Part shown: piece after piece, positions 1 through 9,572 of the stretch
Layout of the letters: each line of letters begins with the position of its first letter
Position numbering within the stretch: position 1 is the first letter of the stretch
Assembly (NCBI GenBank): GCA_032161105.1
Contig: JAVHTD010000004.1
Reading direction: 5' to 3' (one strand)
From: Candidatus Thermosaccharophagus tengchongensis
Lineage (GTDB): Bacteria; Armatimonadota; Fervidibacteria; Fervidibacterales; Thermosaccharophagaceae
Length of the DNA: 64,000 bases
Position numbers and translations under genes: made by a program
Notes under the pieces: generated by a model
The model's database searches: none
Seen by the model: the letters and a program-made list of their open reading frames with translations, nothing else
What the model was told of the DNA's origin: nothing

Positions 1-919
1 AAACATCCACAGCGTTGTGCAACAGCAAGCTTTCGCGGAGAGCCTCGGTGGGGTTCTCAACAAATTGGCAATATAGTTCGGGGAGTAAGGACGACGGTGG
101 TGCACTCACTGGATGGCGCATGGCAACGCACAGCGTTGAGAGGCGGCAATCACCGAGCTGTTCACCCCACAGCTTGCGGCTGATGTGTATAAGGTCAATG
201 TGCGCTACTGGCTCAACCCACGCAAGCTTATAGCGCATGCAGCGAGAACGCAACATCGGCACATCAAATGCCTTCCCATTGAACGAGATAAGCGCACATC
301 CATTCACGATGCTGAGGAACGCCTCAATGATGAGCGGTTCCTCGGAGTAGTCATGCGCAAGCCATTGATGCAAAACGAGCTTATGCAACCCCCTGAGCCA
401 TTCAAGCGCACCGATGAGGAAAATGGGCATGCTGCCGAAGCCGAGCGTCTCGCAATCAACAAACAAAATTCGGTCACTGGCGCAAGCGGTGAGCAACTCT
501 GAAAGCATGCCATGCCTATTGATGGAGCTCTGTTCCACCGCTGCGCTGATGATGGCATCGGCGCCTGCCAGCGCCTTTGAAGCACGCTCAAGGAGCGGCT
601 GGCGAGCGCATCCGTTGAGTGCATCCTTAGCGATGAACGAAATTTCACCTGTGCGCTGCTGAAGCGCATTCGCTGTAACACCAAATGAAAACTCATCACG
701 CCGATAATGCGGCACACCAGTTGGGCAACACCGCTCGGCTGTGCAATGAGCAGGTTTACCCCCACATTTGTCAGAGGGCATAGGCGAGCGTAAGGCATCA
801 TTACTTGCGGTCTTGAGAGCTTGCCGATTCGCCTCGCGAATGAGCCTGCCGACCCTCGGCAAAAGGCTATTGCCACTGCGAATTGACCACCCATTGCCCC
901 CTCCGACACGCTTGCACAT
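1..919 (-). CDS. RNase H-like (YprB / RNase_H_2 family) exonuclease domain protein, 3'-truncated by window edge
   Basis: Not in ORF track. My translation is open from ATG at 919 (SD GGGGAGGTGAG upstream) to the edge, with motifs ILFVDCETLG, LISFNGKAFDVPML, HIDLIHISRKLW, LLLHNAVDV. Confidence 0.85.
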   Translation of the reverse strand, partial: MCKRVGGGNGWSIRSGNSLLPRVGRLIREANRQALKTASNDALRSPMPSDKCGGKPAHCTAERCCPTGVPHYRRDEFSFGVTANALQQRTGEISFIAKDALNGCARQPLLERASKALAGADAIISAAVEQSSINRHGMLSELLTACASDRILFVDCETLGFGSMPIFLIGALEWLRGLHKLVLHQWLAHDYSEEPLIIEAFLSIVNGCALISFNGKAFDVPMLRSRCMRYKLAWVEPVAHIDLIHISRKLWGEQLGDCRLSTLCVAMRHPVSAPPSSLLPELYCQFVENPTEALRESLLLHNAVDV

Positions 920-931
920 GAGTTAGCGCCC

Positions 932-1732
932 TCACCTCCCCCCAACATCCCTCACGATTGCCTTCATGCCGATCTCGTCAAGTTCCTGAGCAAGCCTTTC
1001 AGCATCGCTGCGCTCATCAAACGCCCCAACGATGATGCGATAAGTCTCACCGGTTGGCGTCTTGGTCACTTCAACGAATGGCTGATAGCCTTTGCTTATG
1101 AGCTCTTGCACGAGCTTGTCCGCGTTCTCCTTCAACCTGAACAACCCAACTTGAACCTGATATCGCCTTTTGACGCTGCCCGGTGGCGCACTGATGGTTC
1201 CAGACTCAGATGACGATTGCTCGCCAACCGTTTCACTTCCACCCGAACGAGGTTCGTAAGTTACAGCGGGCTTTGTTCTCTCAGGCTGTGATACCTTTGT
1301 CGTGGGAGTGACCTTAATGTCCCCTTGCGGTGGTGATGGTGTCGGTTGGGGTTGTCCGGATTCTGATGGCTGTGTCTCCACCTTTTCCTCACGGGTAACC
1401 TCAGGCGCCGTCTCAGATGGCTCTGAGACATTCTGAGATCGCTCCTCACTTCCAGCCGGTGAATAGATCGGCTCAATTGTGACCGTCGTCTCATTCGGTA
1501 TGAGCGCCATGTCGCTCCTGACAAACGCTTGAGATGCATCCTCACGGCTGAGCCCAGTTGTGTCGGTTGTCATTGTGCCCGTTGCTGGGCTGATACGGGA
1601 ACGCAAGTATGGACCGATGACACCTTTCCCAAGCTGATAGAAACCGATTGCCCCAACCACAATAATGATGCCCGCCAAGAACTCAACAAGCGACCTCAAG
1701 CGCTGTCTCTTCGCTTTGCGCATCGTTATCAC
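932..1732 (-). CDS. SPOR domain-containing membrane protein
   Basis: N-terminal TM helix, Pro/Ser/Thr/Glu linker, C-terminal SPOR (YQVQVGLF...ENA...YRIIVGAFDERSDAE). Confidence 0.9.
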   Translation of the reverse strand: MITMRKAKRQRLRSLVEFLAGIIIVVGAIGFYQLGKGVIGPYLRSRISPATGTMTTDTTGLSREDASQAFVRSDMALIPNETTVTIEPIYSPAGSEERSQNVSEPSETAPEVTREEKVETQPSESGQPQPTPSPPQGDIKVTPTTKVSQPERTKPAVTYEPRSGGSETVGEQSSSESGTISAPPGSVKRRYQVQVGLFRLKENADKLVQELISKGYQPFVEVTKTPTGETYRIIVGAFDERSDAERLAQELDEIGMKAIVRDVGGR

Positions 1733-3489
1733 CTGCCCTGCTGCGATTCAATTTGCAAACTCTCCCTGTGGCTGGAAATCGCAGTGACATTCCCGCTCAA
1801 GCGCGCCTGCAAGCTCAACTGGTTTGCGAGCGTCTTGACGAGACGCTCATACTGCACATTCTGCATGCTGAGCGAGACCCTGATGTCAGCCAACTCTGCC
1901 GGGAGAATGATCACCGACCCAACCTGATTAGCCAAGTAACGGCATAAGTCAACCAAGCGCCAGTCCCTTGCATTCACACTGACAATTCGCCTTCCCACAT
2001 CTTCAGTGAACTGACTCAGAGACTTGGCAACCGGATACAGGACAAGCCAACTGCCAATGGCTTTATTTGCGCTCTCAATGACGAGGCGCACTTCGTGTGT
2101 GCCCGGAACAAGCGGGTTAATTGGCACCGGCACTGGCTGCAACTTATTCTCAACGAGGTTGCCCTCCCAAAGCGGGATTGATAGTTGTGGCGACTTTGGA
2201 GGAGACGGCGATTGCGAATCAGCTGCTTGCCTTCTGAACAAGAGAGCTTCCACAGCTGAAGCGTCAATAAACTTTGGAGCGTATGCCAATACGCGCACAT
2301 TCTCCAAGTTCTGCCTCGGGCGAAGCGACATAAGCCATAATCCACGCTGGTTAAGCACTGCCGGTGAGGCTTGCGAAACTTCAACCTCAACTGGCGGTTG
2401 GGTGGTGCTGCTCTCTTGTATCGCGTGCACGGCTGATGGCTGCCTGCGGTGAATGTCCTTCAGCTTCTCCTCGGCAGCGCGCTCAACATCCGGTGGCACT
2501 ACTCCAGCAGCGGCAAACCCCTCGTTTAAAGATTTGGCTAATGGTTTGGGAACATCCAAACCGTGCTGACTCTCCTGCCCCTTCTGACCCTCCTGTCCCG
2601 CCAATTTGGTCGGCTCACCCTTAGCCTTCGGTGACTCACCGTGCCCCTCACCAACCACCTGTAGCGGTGCTGCTGGCAGAGTTAAACGGCTACTCACCCT
2701 TGAGCTTCTCGCCTCGGCTCTCTCACCAACTTCCTCTGCACTTTTCGGTGCCGCCTCCACAGCAATTGGTTCTGGCAATTCAACCTCACTCGTCACACCG
2801 CCTCTCAAAGCCAACGGGCGCTCCAAGCTCGGCGCTTCCCTCTCCTTTTCCACACTTTCGTGAAAAGACCTCGGAGTCAGAGGCACCGGCTCAATATTGA
2901 GAGCAGCACTCGGTTGACGGCGTTGAATTTGAGCACGCGCAATCTTAACTGCCCTTTGCTCCCGTGTAGTGCTCAGCGCTACCTGTGGCTTAGCCATACC
3001 GCCGCGTTCCTTCACCACTGCCGGCACACTGCTGCTCGGTGGTGCAGGAGTTAGCCTTTTTCGCTCACCGACCGACCTTGCTGTTGGAGCTGCCATTTCC
3101 ACTGAGGCGATGCGCCTCTCAATGCCAGTGCGCGAGTAGATTGCAAATACCGCCATAGCAAGAATTGAAGCGGCTCCAAACACAAACGCCAATTGCGCGG
3201 GCAACCTCCTCCACGCAATGCTGCCTCCCGATGGCAACCCTCCAACTCGCTTTAGGACAGCTTCGCATGTGCGCTCATAAGCCCCTTGCGGTGGCGCAAT
3301 GCTATCTGAGGAGATGGAGCGCAGCGCGGCTACAACAGCCGTATAACTTTCAAGCGCCCTGCGGCACTCATCGCACATGTTCAAATGCTCTTGGAATGCC
3401 GATAGGAGTTTTGGCTCTCGCTGCAAGCTCCCATCAGTGTATTCAACGAATAAGTTTCGGATGCGCCTGCACTTTATCCTGCCAAGCAT
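1729..3489 (-). CDS. Zinc-finger (ZAS, zf-HC2) transmembrane anti-sigma factor with long extracytoplasmic region
   Basis: HLNMCDEC = HxxxCxxC, one TM helix, directly downstream of the ECF sigma gene. Confidence 0.8.
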   Translation of the reverse strand: MLGRIKCRRIRNLFVEYTDGSLQREPKLLSAFQEHLNMCDECRRALESYTAVVAALRSISSDSIAPPQGAYERTCEAVLKRVGGLPSGGSIAWRRLPAQLAFVFGAASILAMAVFAIYSRTGIERRIASVEMAAPTARSVGERKRLTPAPPSSSVPAVVKERGGMAKPQVALSTTREQRAVKIARAQIQRRQPSAALNIEPVPLTPRSFHESVEKEREAPSLERPLALRGGVTSEVELPEPIAVEAAPKSAEEVGERAEARSSRVSSRLTLPAAPLQVVGEGHGESPKAKGEPTKLAGQEGQKGQESQHGLDVPKPLAKSLNEGFAAAGVVPPDVERAAEEKLKDIHRRQPSAVHAIQESSTTQPPVEVEVSQASPAVLNQRGLWLMSLRPRQNLENVRVLAYAPKFIDASAVEALLFRRQAADSQSPSPPKSPQLSIPLWEGNLVENKLQPVPVPINPLVPGTHEVRLVIESANKAIGSWLVLYPVAKSLSQFTEDVGRRIVSVNARDWRLVDLCRYLANQVGSVIILPAELADIRVSLSMQNVQYERLVKTLANQLSLQARLSGNVTAISSHRESLQIESQQGR

Positions 3490-3531
3490 TTTCGGTCACC
3501 CTTTGCTTGCGTTAGGAAGCATTGCCATGTT

Positions 3532-3561
3532 TTAGACTCCATGCCAATTGCGGCTTGTTCC
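3532..3561 (-). promoter_or_regulatory. Putative ECF sigma promoter (GGAAC-N19-GTCTAA) between sigma and anti-sigma genes
   Basis: Minus strand reads GGAACaagccgcaattggcatggaGTCTAA, ending ~42 nt before the anti-sigma ATG. Confidence 0.6.
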
Positions 3562-3581
3562 GCAGCGCCATCAGGCGGCTT

Positions 3582-4286
3582 TCACATCTTCTGGCGCATC
3601 ATTTTGGACAACTCATCCTTCAGCGCGAGCCTCGCCCTATTTAGCCTTGATTTAACCGTGCCAATTGGGACTCCAAGCACATTGGCAGCCTCTTCGTAGC
3701 TCAAGCCCTCCAAATCGCACAGCACGATCACGAGGCGCATATTCGTCGGAAGACGGTGAATGGCTGTCCACACGAGCTCCTTCAAGTCACCCCGTTCGGC
3801 AACCTCTTCGGGCGATGGAGAAGGATCTTGCACTGCAAACGCTTCGCTTCGTTCCTCCTCAGTTAAGGATGACATCGGTGTCTCCCGTCTCCTGCGAAGG
3901 TGCTCAAGACACACATTCACTGAAATGCGATAAATCCAAGTGCCCAAAGTTGAGCCCTTGCGGAAGCGCTTCAACCCCTCAAAAACTTTGATGAAGACTT
4001 CCTGCGTCACATCTGCGGCATCATCGTGGTTGCCAAGCATACGGTATACCATCCCGTAAACTCGCCCGTGAAAAAGCTCAATCAACTTGCGCCACGCCCA
4101 TTCATCGCCCTGCAGACATGCCTCAATGAGCCTTCCCTCATGCGACCCACTGTCATAGGCGCAATAAGCTTCCCCATCTGATGCGTGATACATGCCCTTA
4201 CCAACGGCACTATCACTGTTGTGCTTCGTGCCACCTTGCATTCCGTGTGCAGGTATTGAGCTATCGCGACCCGCATGCTTTGCCAT
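3582..4286 (-). CDS. ECF-type RNA polymerase sigma-70 factor
   Basis: Region 2 (DAADVTQEVF, TWIYRISVN) and region 4 (LSYEEAANVLGVPIGTVKSRLNRAR); start placed at ATG 4286 behind GGAGG (ORF track 4340). Confidence 0.95.
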   Translation of the reverse strand: MAKHAGRDSSIPAHGMQGGTKHNSDSAVGKGMYHASDGEAYCAYDSGSHEGRLIEACLQGDEWAWRKLIELFHGRVYGMVYRMLGNHDDAADVTQEVFIKVFEGLKRFRKGSTLGTWIYRISVNVCLEHLRRRRETPMSSLTEEERSEAFAVQDPSPSPEEVAERGDLKELVWTAIHRLPTNMRLVIVLCDLEGLSYEEAANVLGVPIGTVKSRLNRARLALKDELSKMMRQKM

Positions 4287-4336
4287 AAAAATGGGACACC
4301 CTCCAAAGTGCCGCCTTTTCGGGCGCGCTTTTGGCG

Positions 4337-5992
4337 TCAAAGCATCTCCTCGCGCACGAGCCTCCCGTTGACATATACCCTTATGACCACTCTTGCACCC
4401 CTTCCCATGACTGTGCGAGTCACAACATCACCGGGGACATGTTCACCTTTGTAAGCCAATCGCTTGCCATCCTCATCAATGACCTCAATCTCAACCGTTT
4501 GGAGCAACTCACCTTTGCCCACGCTGACAGTAACTCTCGCTGCTTTATATCCAGGCTTGGGCGTTTGCTCCTCCACCTGCGGTGGACGCCCAGAGCTAAC
4601 CACAAGCTGCACAATACCTCCCTTTGGAAGACGATACCCATGTGGCGGTTGCTGACCGACTATACGCCCCTCGGCGACAATCTCACTGTATGTCTTTGCA
4701 ATCACCCTCGGAACCAATCCCTCAGAGCTAATCCTCTGCTCAGCTTCCTCAGCTGGTAGGTCAAGGACATTCGGCACAGCAACTTCCTCAGGACCGCTGC
4801 TCACAACGACATCAATGACCCTCCCACGCCGAACAAGCTTCCCCGGCTCAACACCAATCATTGAGATGACATGGTTTGCTGGGATATCGGAGCTATACTC
4901 AGTCTGCGCCACACGAAGATGCAATCCAACCTCTGCCATCTTCTGCTGAGCCTCAAGTAATGGCATCCCCGTCACATCGGGCACACTCACCTCTGGTGAT
5001 GGTGTCCCCACAAGGAGCCACCATATGATGAGCGCAAGCAGGAACATGCCAATGATTGAACCCGCTATAGTTATCAAAGCCCTACTGAGCAAACTGACAC
5101 CCATTGGTTGTCGCTCCTCAGCCTGCATCTCCGCCCGAACGGATATCGGCTGGACGGATACGCTCACTTGGTCAAGCGCTGAGATAGCCTCCCTTAAAGC
5201 GCTCCCCATCTCCTGAGCCGAAGAGAAGCGCTTCTCGCGATCCTTCTCAAGCGCACGCAGTATTGCCCTCTCCACAACCCTTGGGACAGCCGGATTTAGG
5301 TCACTTGGCAGCGGCGGCGGTGTGCTCAGGTGCATCGTGGCTATGTCAGTCATTGAACCACCGCGAAACGGTAACACGCCGGTGACCGATTGAAAGAGCA
5401 CGATCCCAAGCGAGTATATGTCGCCGGCTGGCTCCACAATGTCTTCCTCAAACCTTTCGGGAGGTAGGTAGTAGATTGCCCTTCTGACCCACTCAGCTTC
5501 AAGGAGCTTCTCGGAAGCTATCACTTCGTGGAGGGCATAATCAATCAACTTAACTTCGCCACGGTGCGTTACGAGTATGTGTTCCGGACGCAGGTCACCA
5601 TGTGTGATGCCGAGTTCATGCAACTGCTCAAGTGCATCGCATATCTGTATTCCCACCCTGAGTGCTTGCGTTACCGGTATGATGGCACGCCTTTGGAGGA
5701 TGGCGGCGAGGCTCTCTCCGGGGACATACTCGCACGAGAGGTAAAGGGTGCTATCAGCCTCACCAACGCTGAGGTAGCGAACCAAGTTTGGGTGCAGTAT
5801 GTTCAAGCTTGGCTCAACGCATTCCCTGAAGCGTTCCCTGAACTGTTGACTCCTCGCCCACGCCTCATGAACCACCTTCAGGGCAACAATACTCCCGGTC
5901 AACCTGTCTCTCACTTTATAAACGGAGAAGAGCACACCGCTGCCCATCTCTTCTATGAACTGGTAACGGTAACTGAGCACTTGTTCTACCAT
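4337..5992 (-). CDS. PknB/PrkC-like Ser/Thr kinase-fold protein with TM helix and 2 PASTA domains (catalytic motifs degenerate)
   Basis: VALK, HPNLV, HGDLRPEH, DYA, YLPPE, DIYSLG; PASTA repeats VPDVTG... and VPNVLD... Confidence 0.9.
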   Translation of the reverse strand: MVEQVLSYRYQFIEEMGSGVLFSVYKVRDRLTGSIVALKVVHEAWARSQQFRERFRECVEPSLNILHPNLVRYLSVGEADSTLYLSCEYVPGESLAAILQRRAIIPVTQALRVGIQICDALEQLHELGITHGDLRPEHILVTHRGEVKLIDYALHEVIASEKLLEAEWVRRAIYYLPPERFEEDIVEPAGDIYSLGIVLFQSVTGVLPFRGGSMTDIATMHLSTPPPLPSDLNPAVPRVVERAILRALEKDREKRFSSAQEMGSALREAISALDQVSVSVQPISVRAEMQAEERQPMGVSLLSRALITIAGSIIGMFLLALIIWWLLVGTPSPEVSVPDVTGMPLLEAQQKMAEVGLHLRVAQTEYSSDIPANHVISMIGVEPGKLVRRGRVIDVVVSSGPEEVAVPNVLDLPAEEAEQRISSEGLVPRVIAKTYSEIVAEGRIVGQQPPHGYRLPKGGIVQLVVSSGRPPQVEEQTPKPGYKAARVTVSVGKGELLQTVEIEVIDEDGKRLAYKGEHVPGDVVTRTVMGRGARVVIRVYVNGRLVREEML

Positions 5993-6007
5993 GCAATGTC
6001 TGCACCT

Positions 6008-6556
6008 CTACGCGAGGAGCTGGCTGAGCTGCTTGCGTTGGCTTGCTCCCACACTGAATTTTGAGTGCAACCTTTCAACCGTTAGGATCACAAGCGGCGC
6101 AATTGAAACTGCATAGGCAGTTTCAACGAGAGCCACTGCGACGGCTGATATATCCAGTTTGCCAAACGAGATTAGAAGCTGCGGGGCTGTCATCAGCATT
6201 GTCACCTCGCACACAGCTGAGCCGACGAGAGCGCATAGGAATGGCATAAGCCAATGTTCATGGAGCACATACTCCCTTGCCCAACCGGCTGAGAAGCCAG
6301 CTGCGAGCCTGCTCATCCCATATTGCCCATGATAAGCGCCGACAAGACTCCCTTGAAACAGCCCAAGCATTAAGCCCACAATAGCCCCATTCAAGCTGCC
6401 CTTGCGCAAGCCCACACAAATGCATGTGATTATGAAAAGGTCTGGCACAACGCAATGCCAGTCATATCTGACTTTCGGTAACACGCCGACCGCCAAGGAG
6501 AAAAAGGCAGTCACAGCGAACGCCCAAAAGAGCATCACTTTAACTCCCCTTATCAT
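6008..6556 (-). CDS. mreD: Rod shape-determining protein MreD
   Basis: Hydrophobic, PDL motif, follows mreC with 4-bp overlap. Confidence 0.8.
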   Translation of the reverse strand: MIRGVKVMLFWAFAVTAFFSLAVGVLPKVRYDWHCVVPDLFIITCICVGLRKGSLNGAIVGLMLGLFQGSLVGAYHGQYGMSRLAAGFSAGWAREYVLHEHWLMPFLCALVGSAVCEVTMLMTAPQLLISFGKLDISAVAVALVETAYAVSIAPLVILTVERLHSKFSVGASQRKQLSQLLA

Positions 6557-7398
6557 TTGACATCCTTCCCCTGAGGAATGATGAACACCTCCTGCAAGCT
6601 CCCAAACTTAACGAATGGCTCAACAATGCCCTCAACAGTCTGGCTCGCCTCAATCTGATGGACCCTAACCACCTTCCCCACAGGGATTCCCACCGGGTAA
6701 ACTTCCCCGAGCCCGGATGTGACCAACTCATCGCCAGCTCTCAAATCGCCGTTTGAATCAAGCAGCCTCACCGAGCACTTTCCGTTGCCACAACCACGCA
6801 CGAACCCTATTGCACCATTTCTTTTGACGCGCACACCGACACCACATCGCTTATCAACAACGAAGAGAACAACACAACTGCTTTGCGAGATGCGCATCAC
6901 TTGCCCAACCAATCCGCTACACGCCACAACGACATCGCCGACGGAGACACCGTCTTTAGCGCCCCGATTCAACACGGCAGACGCGACCCAATTGGACGGG
7001 CTTACGGCGATCACCTCAGCAGCTATGTGAGCTTGCGGCAGCTTCGGCTCAAGCTGCAACAGGCGGCGCAGGCGGTAGTTCTCCGCCATGTAACGGCGCA
7101 GTTGCCTATTTTCGCTCTCAAGCTCAAAAATCCTCCTTCTGAGCTGCCTGTTCTCCCTCCTCAACTGATCAGCCTCATGAGATAGCCTGAATACCCCTCT
7201 CACCCTCTCAGCTGCATCAGAGAGGCGTCCGATAATCACCCCGATGGGCGCTGCGATTAGGACGCCAATCTGCTCAACCTTTGTGACATAAGCTGAGGCA
7301 CTCGGGCGCAGCCATAGCATCAAAGAGAGAGCCACACCAACTACTCCGCCGAGAAGGAAGAAACGGGATAGGCGGCGTTTTGGTGCTGCCGTCTCCAT
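6553..7398 (-). CDS. mreC: Rod shape-determining protein MreC
   Basis: TM, coiled coil (ENRQLRR), LNRGAKDGV, LVTSGLGEVYPVGIPVG. Confidence 0.95.
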   Translation of the reverse strand: METAAPKRRLSRFFLLGGVVGVALSLMLWLRPSASAYVTKVEQIGVLIAAPIGVIIGRLSDAAERVRGVFRLSHEADQLRRENRQLRRRIFELESENRQLRRYMAENYRLRRLLQLEPKLPQAHIAAEVIAVSPSNWVASAVLNRGAKDGVSVGDVVVACSGLVGQVMRISQSSCVVLFVVDKRCGVGVRVKRNGAIGFVRGCGNGKCSVRLLDSNGDLRAGDELVTSGLGEVYPVGIPVGKVVRVHQIEASQTVEGIVEPFVKFGSLQEVFIIPQGKDVK

Positions 7399-7477
7399 CT
7401 GTGGTCACCCTCAAGCGATGAGAAAGGGAAGCCAAAATGCAAATGGGCAACGCTTGTGGATTGACATGAGCGAAGGT

Positions 7478-8515
7478 CTATGGTCTGCTCCCATCCAAGA
7501 TGCGCTTTATGTAGGTATCCCACTCTTCAACAGCCCTCCCAGCACCCATGACGACACAAGTCAACGGGTCGTCAGCAATCCTTGTAGGGATGCCGGTATC
7601 GGCTGATATGAGCTTATCAATGCCTCGCAGCAATGCACCGCCACCGCAAAGCACTATGCCCCTTTCCATGACATCAGCTGCGAGTTCTGGTGGTGTGTGT
7701 TCAAGCGTAGCCTTCACAGCTTCAACAATTTGATAGACTGGCTCTGAGATGGCTTCCCTAATCTCCTCGCTCCTCAAAACGATGCTCTTTGGAAGCCCAG
7801 AGACAAGATCCCTCCCGCGAACTTGCATGCTCAGCTCCTTCTCAAGCGGGAAGGCTGAACCAATCCGTATCTTGATTTCTTCGGCTGTGTGCTCTCCGAT
7901 GAGCAAGTTGTATGTATGGCGAACATACGACATTATCGCCTCATCAATTTCGTCGCCAGCTATCCTTATCGGGTTCGCCGTCACTATTCCGCCGAGCGAT
8001 ATCACGGCTGCTTCAGTTGTGCCGCCGCCGATGTCAACAATCATGCTCCCAATCGGCTCGCTAACTGGCAACCCGGCACCTATAGCAGCAGCCATCGGCT
8101 CTTCAATTATGCAGGCTTCCGCAGCGCCAGCTTCAATTGCAGCCTCCTTGACAGCGCGCCTTTCAACCTCTGTGGCAACCGAAGGTATGCCAATGACGAC
8201 CCTCGGTGAAATGAAGCTGCTGCGCCTATGAACCTTTCTCATGAAGTAGCTGAGCATCTTCAAAGCCGTATCGTAATCGGCTATCGTGCCATCCTTAACG
8301 GGGCGCTTGGCGACTATGTGCCCCGGAGTCCTACCAACCATACGCTTTGCTTCCTCACCAACTGCCCTTATCTCACCGGTCTCCAAGTCCTCGGCAATCA
8401 CCGATGGCTCCCTGATTAAGATTCCACGCCCACGAACATACACGAGCGTTGTTGCAGTCCCAAGGTCAATCCCCATATCGCATGAAAAGCGCCTTAGCAA
8501 TGCCCTCCAAAACAT
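7478..8515 (-). CDS. mreB: Rod shape-determining protein MreB
   Basis: DMGIDLGTA, EEPMAAAIGAG, VDIGGGTTE, GGGALL. Confidence 0.98.
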   Translation of the reverse strand: MFWRALLRRFSCDMGIDLGTATTLVYVRGRGILIREPSVIAEDLETGEIRAVGEEAKRMVGRTPGHIVAKRPVKDGTIADYDTALKMLSYFMRKVHRRSSFISPRVVIGIPSVATEVERRAVKEAAIEAGAAEACIIEEPMAAAIGAGLPVSEPIGSMIVDIGGGTTEAAVISLGGIVTANPIRIAGDEIDEAIMSYVRHTYNLLIGEHTAEEIKIRIGSAFPLEKELSMQVRGRDLVSGLPKSIVLRSEEIREAISEPVYQIVEAVKATLEHTPPELAADVMERGIVLCGGGALLRGIDKLISADTGIPTRIADDPLTCVVMGAGRAVEEWDTYIKRILDGSRP

Positions 8516-8664
8516 GTTCCTCTCCTCCCATCATCGTCCTCCGTCAATGCGCTATCAACCATCAGATACAAAGTTTAGCAGCGCACTGCAAAGGTCTGTA
8601 ATGTCACATGCAGCTGCAGAATGAGCTGCATCAACTTCCATCTTCACCACGCCTGCTTCAACTT

Positions 8665-9360
8665 TCAAATCTTGCCTCGCTCGCGAAGGCTCACAAACAC
8701 CCCATCACCAATGATGATATGGTCAAGCACATTTATTCCGAGCAGCTTGCCCGCCTCTATGAGCTGCTTGCTCAATTCAATGTCGCAATCGCTCGGCTGC
8801 GGATCGCCACTTGGATGGTTGTGCACGAATATAACGCTCACGGCGCTTTGCCTTATCGCCTCCTTAAAACACTCCCTCGGATGGGCAAGCGATGCATCCG
8901 CCGTCCCAACCGAGACTATTGGGGCACCGAGCACCCTGTTTTTGGCATCCAAAAGGACGATGCGCAGCACTTCCCTGTCAAGATAACGCATCTCTGACAT
9001 GAGCAGCTGAGCCACATCTTGAGGCGACTTTATGACTGGACGCTCACTTGGGGCGCCGGTGAAAGCCCTCCTTCCGAGCTCAAGCGCTGCCTTGATTTGG
9101 ACAGCCTTCGTCTTGCCCACACCCTTAACTTTGCACAATTCCTCAATCCCGGCGGAGTGTAATTGGCGCAAGCCGCCAAACTGCACAAGGAGGCGCTGCG
9201 CAAGCTCAAGGGCTGTCTCACGGCTTGTTCCTGTGCGAAGGATTATGGCGAGCAATTCAGCATCTGAGAGAGCAGGCGCACCATCGCGCATTAGACGCTC
9301 CCTCGGACGGAGTTCCTTTGGCATATCCTTGAGCGTATAACGCGCCTTGCCACCGCCCAT
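8665..9360 (-). CDS. radC: RadC family JAB-domain protein
   Basis: RPRERL, LSDAELLAIILRTG, HNHPSGDP, LDHIIIG. Confidence 0.97.
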   Translation of the reverse strand: MGGGKARYTLKDMPKELRPRERLMRDGAPALSDAELLAIILRTGTSRETALELAQRLLVQFGGLRQLHSAGIEELCKVKGVGKTKAVQIKAALELGRRAFTGAPSERPVIKSPQDVAQLLMSEMRYLDREVLRIVLLDAKNRVLGAPIVSVGTADASLAHPRECFKEAIRQSAVSVIFVHNHPSGDPQPSDCDIELSKQLIEAGKLLGINVLDHIIIGDGVFVSLRERGKI

Positions 9361-9572
9361 AACCGTTCACCGCCCCAAATGATGCAAGCCAACATGGGTA
9401 AAACATAAGCGGCTGAGCAAACACAAGCCCTGAAACATCGCCATTGGGCTGCAGATGTAATTTTACTGCAGCTTGATGTGCACTGCAGGTGATGGGGACG
9501 ATGGTGAAGACGGTGTAGCATTCAACCGCTGGCTGTGCGCCATAATGTGTAGCGATTGCTAACGGAGTTGAG

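Noticed and set aside
304..948. 214-aa minus-strand ORF and plus-strand ORFs 15-233, 185-502, 414-662
   Set aside because: Alternative frames of the YprB-like gene, which carries the recognisable motifs
8665..9360. radC as a mobile-element marker
   Set aside because: Full-length chromosomal form in its usual position before mreB
9448..9472. GCTGCAG-N11-CTGCAGC inverted repeat in the radC/moxR divergent region
   Set aside because: The arms are a common self-palindromic word around a likely -10 (TAAAAT, minus strand); too weak to call an operator
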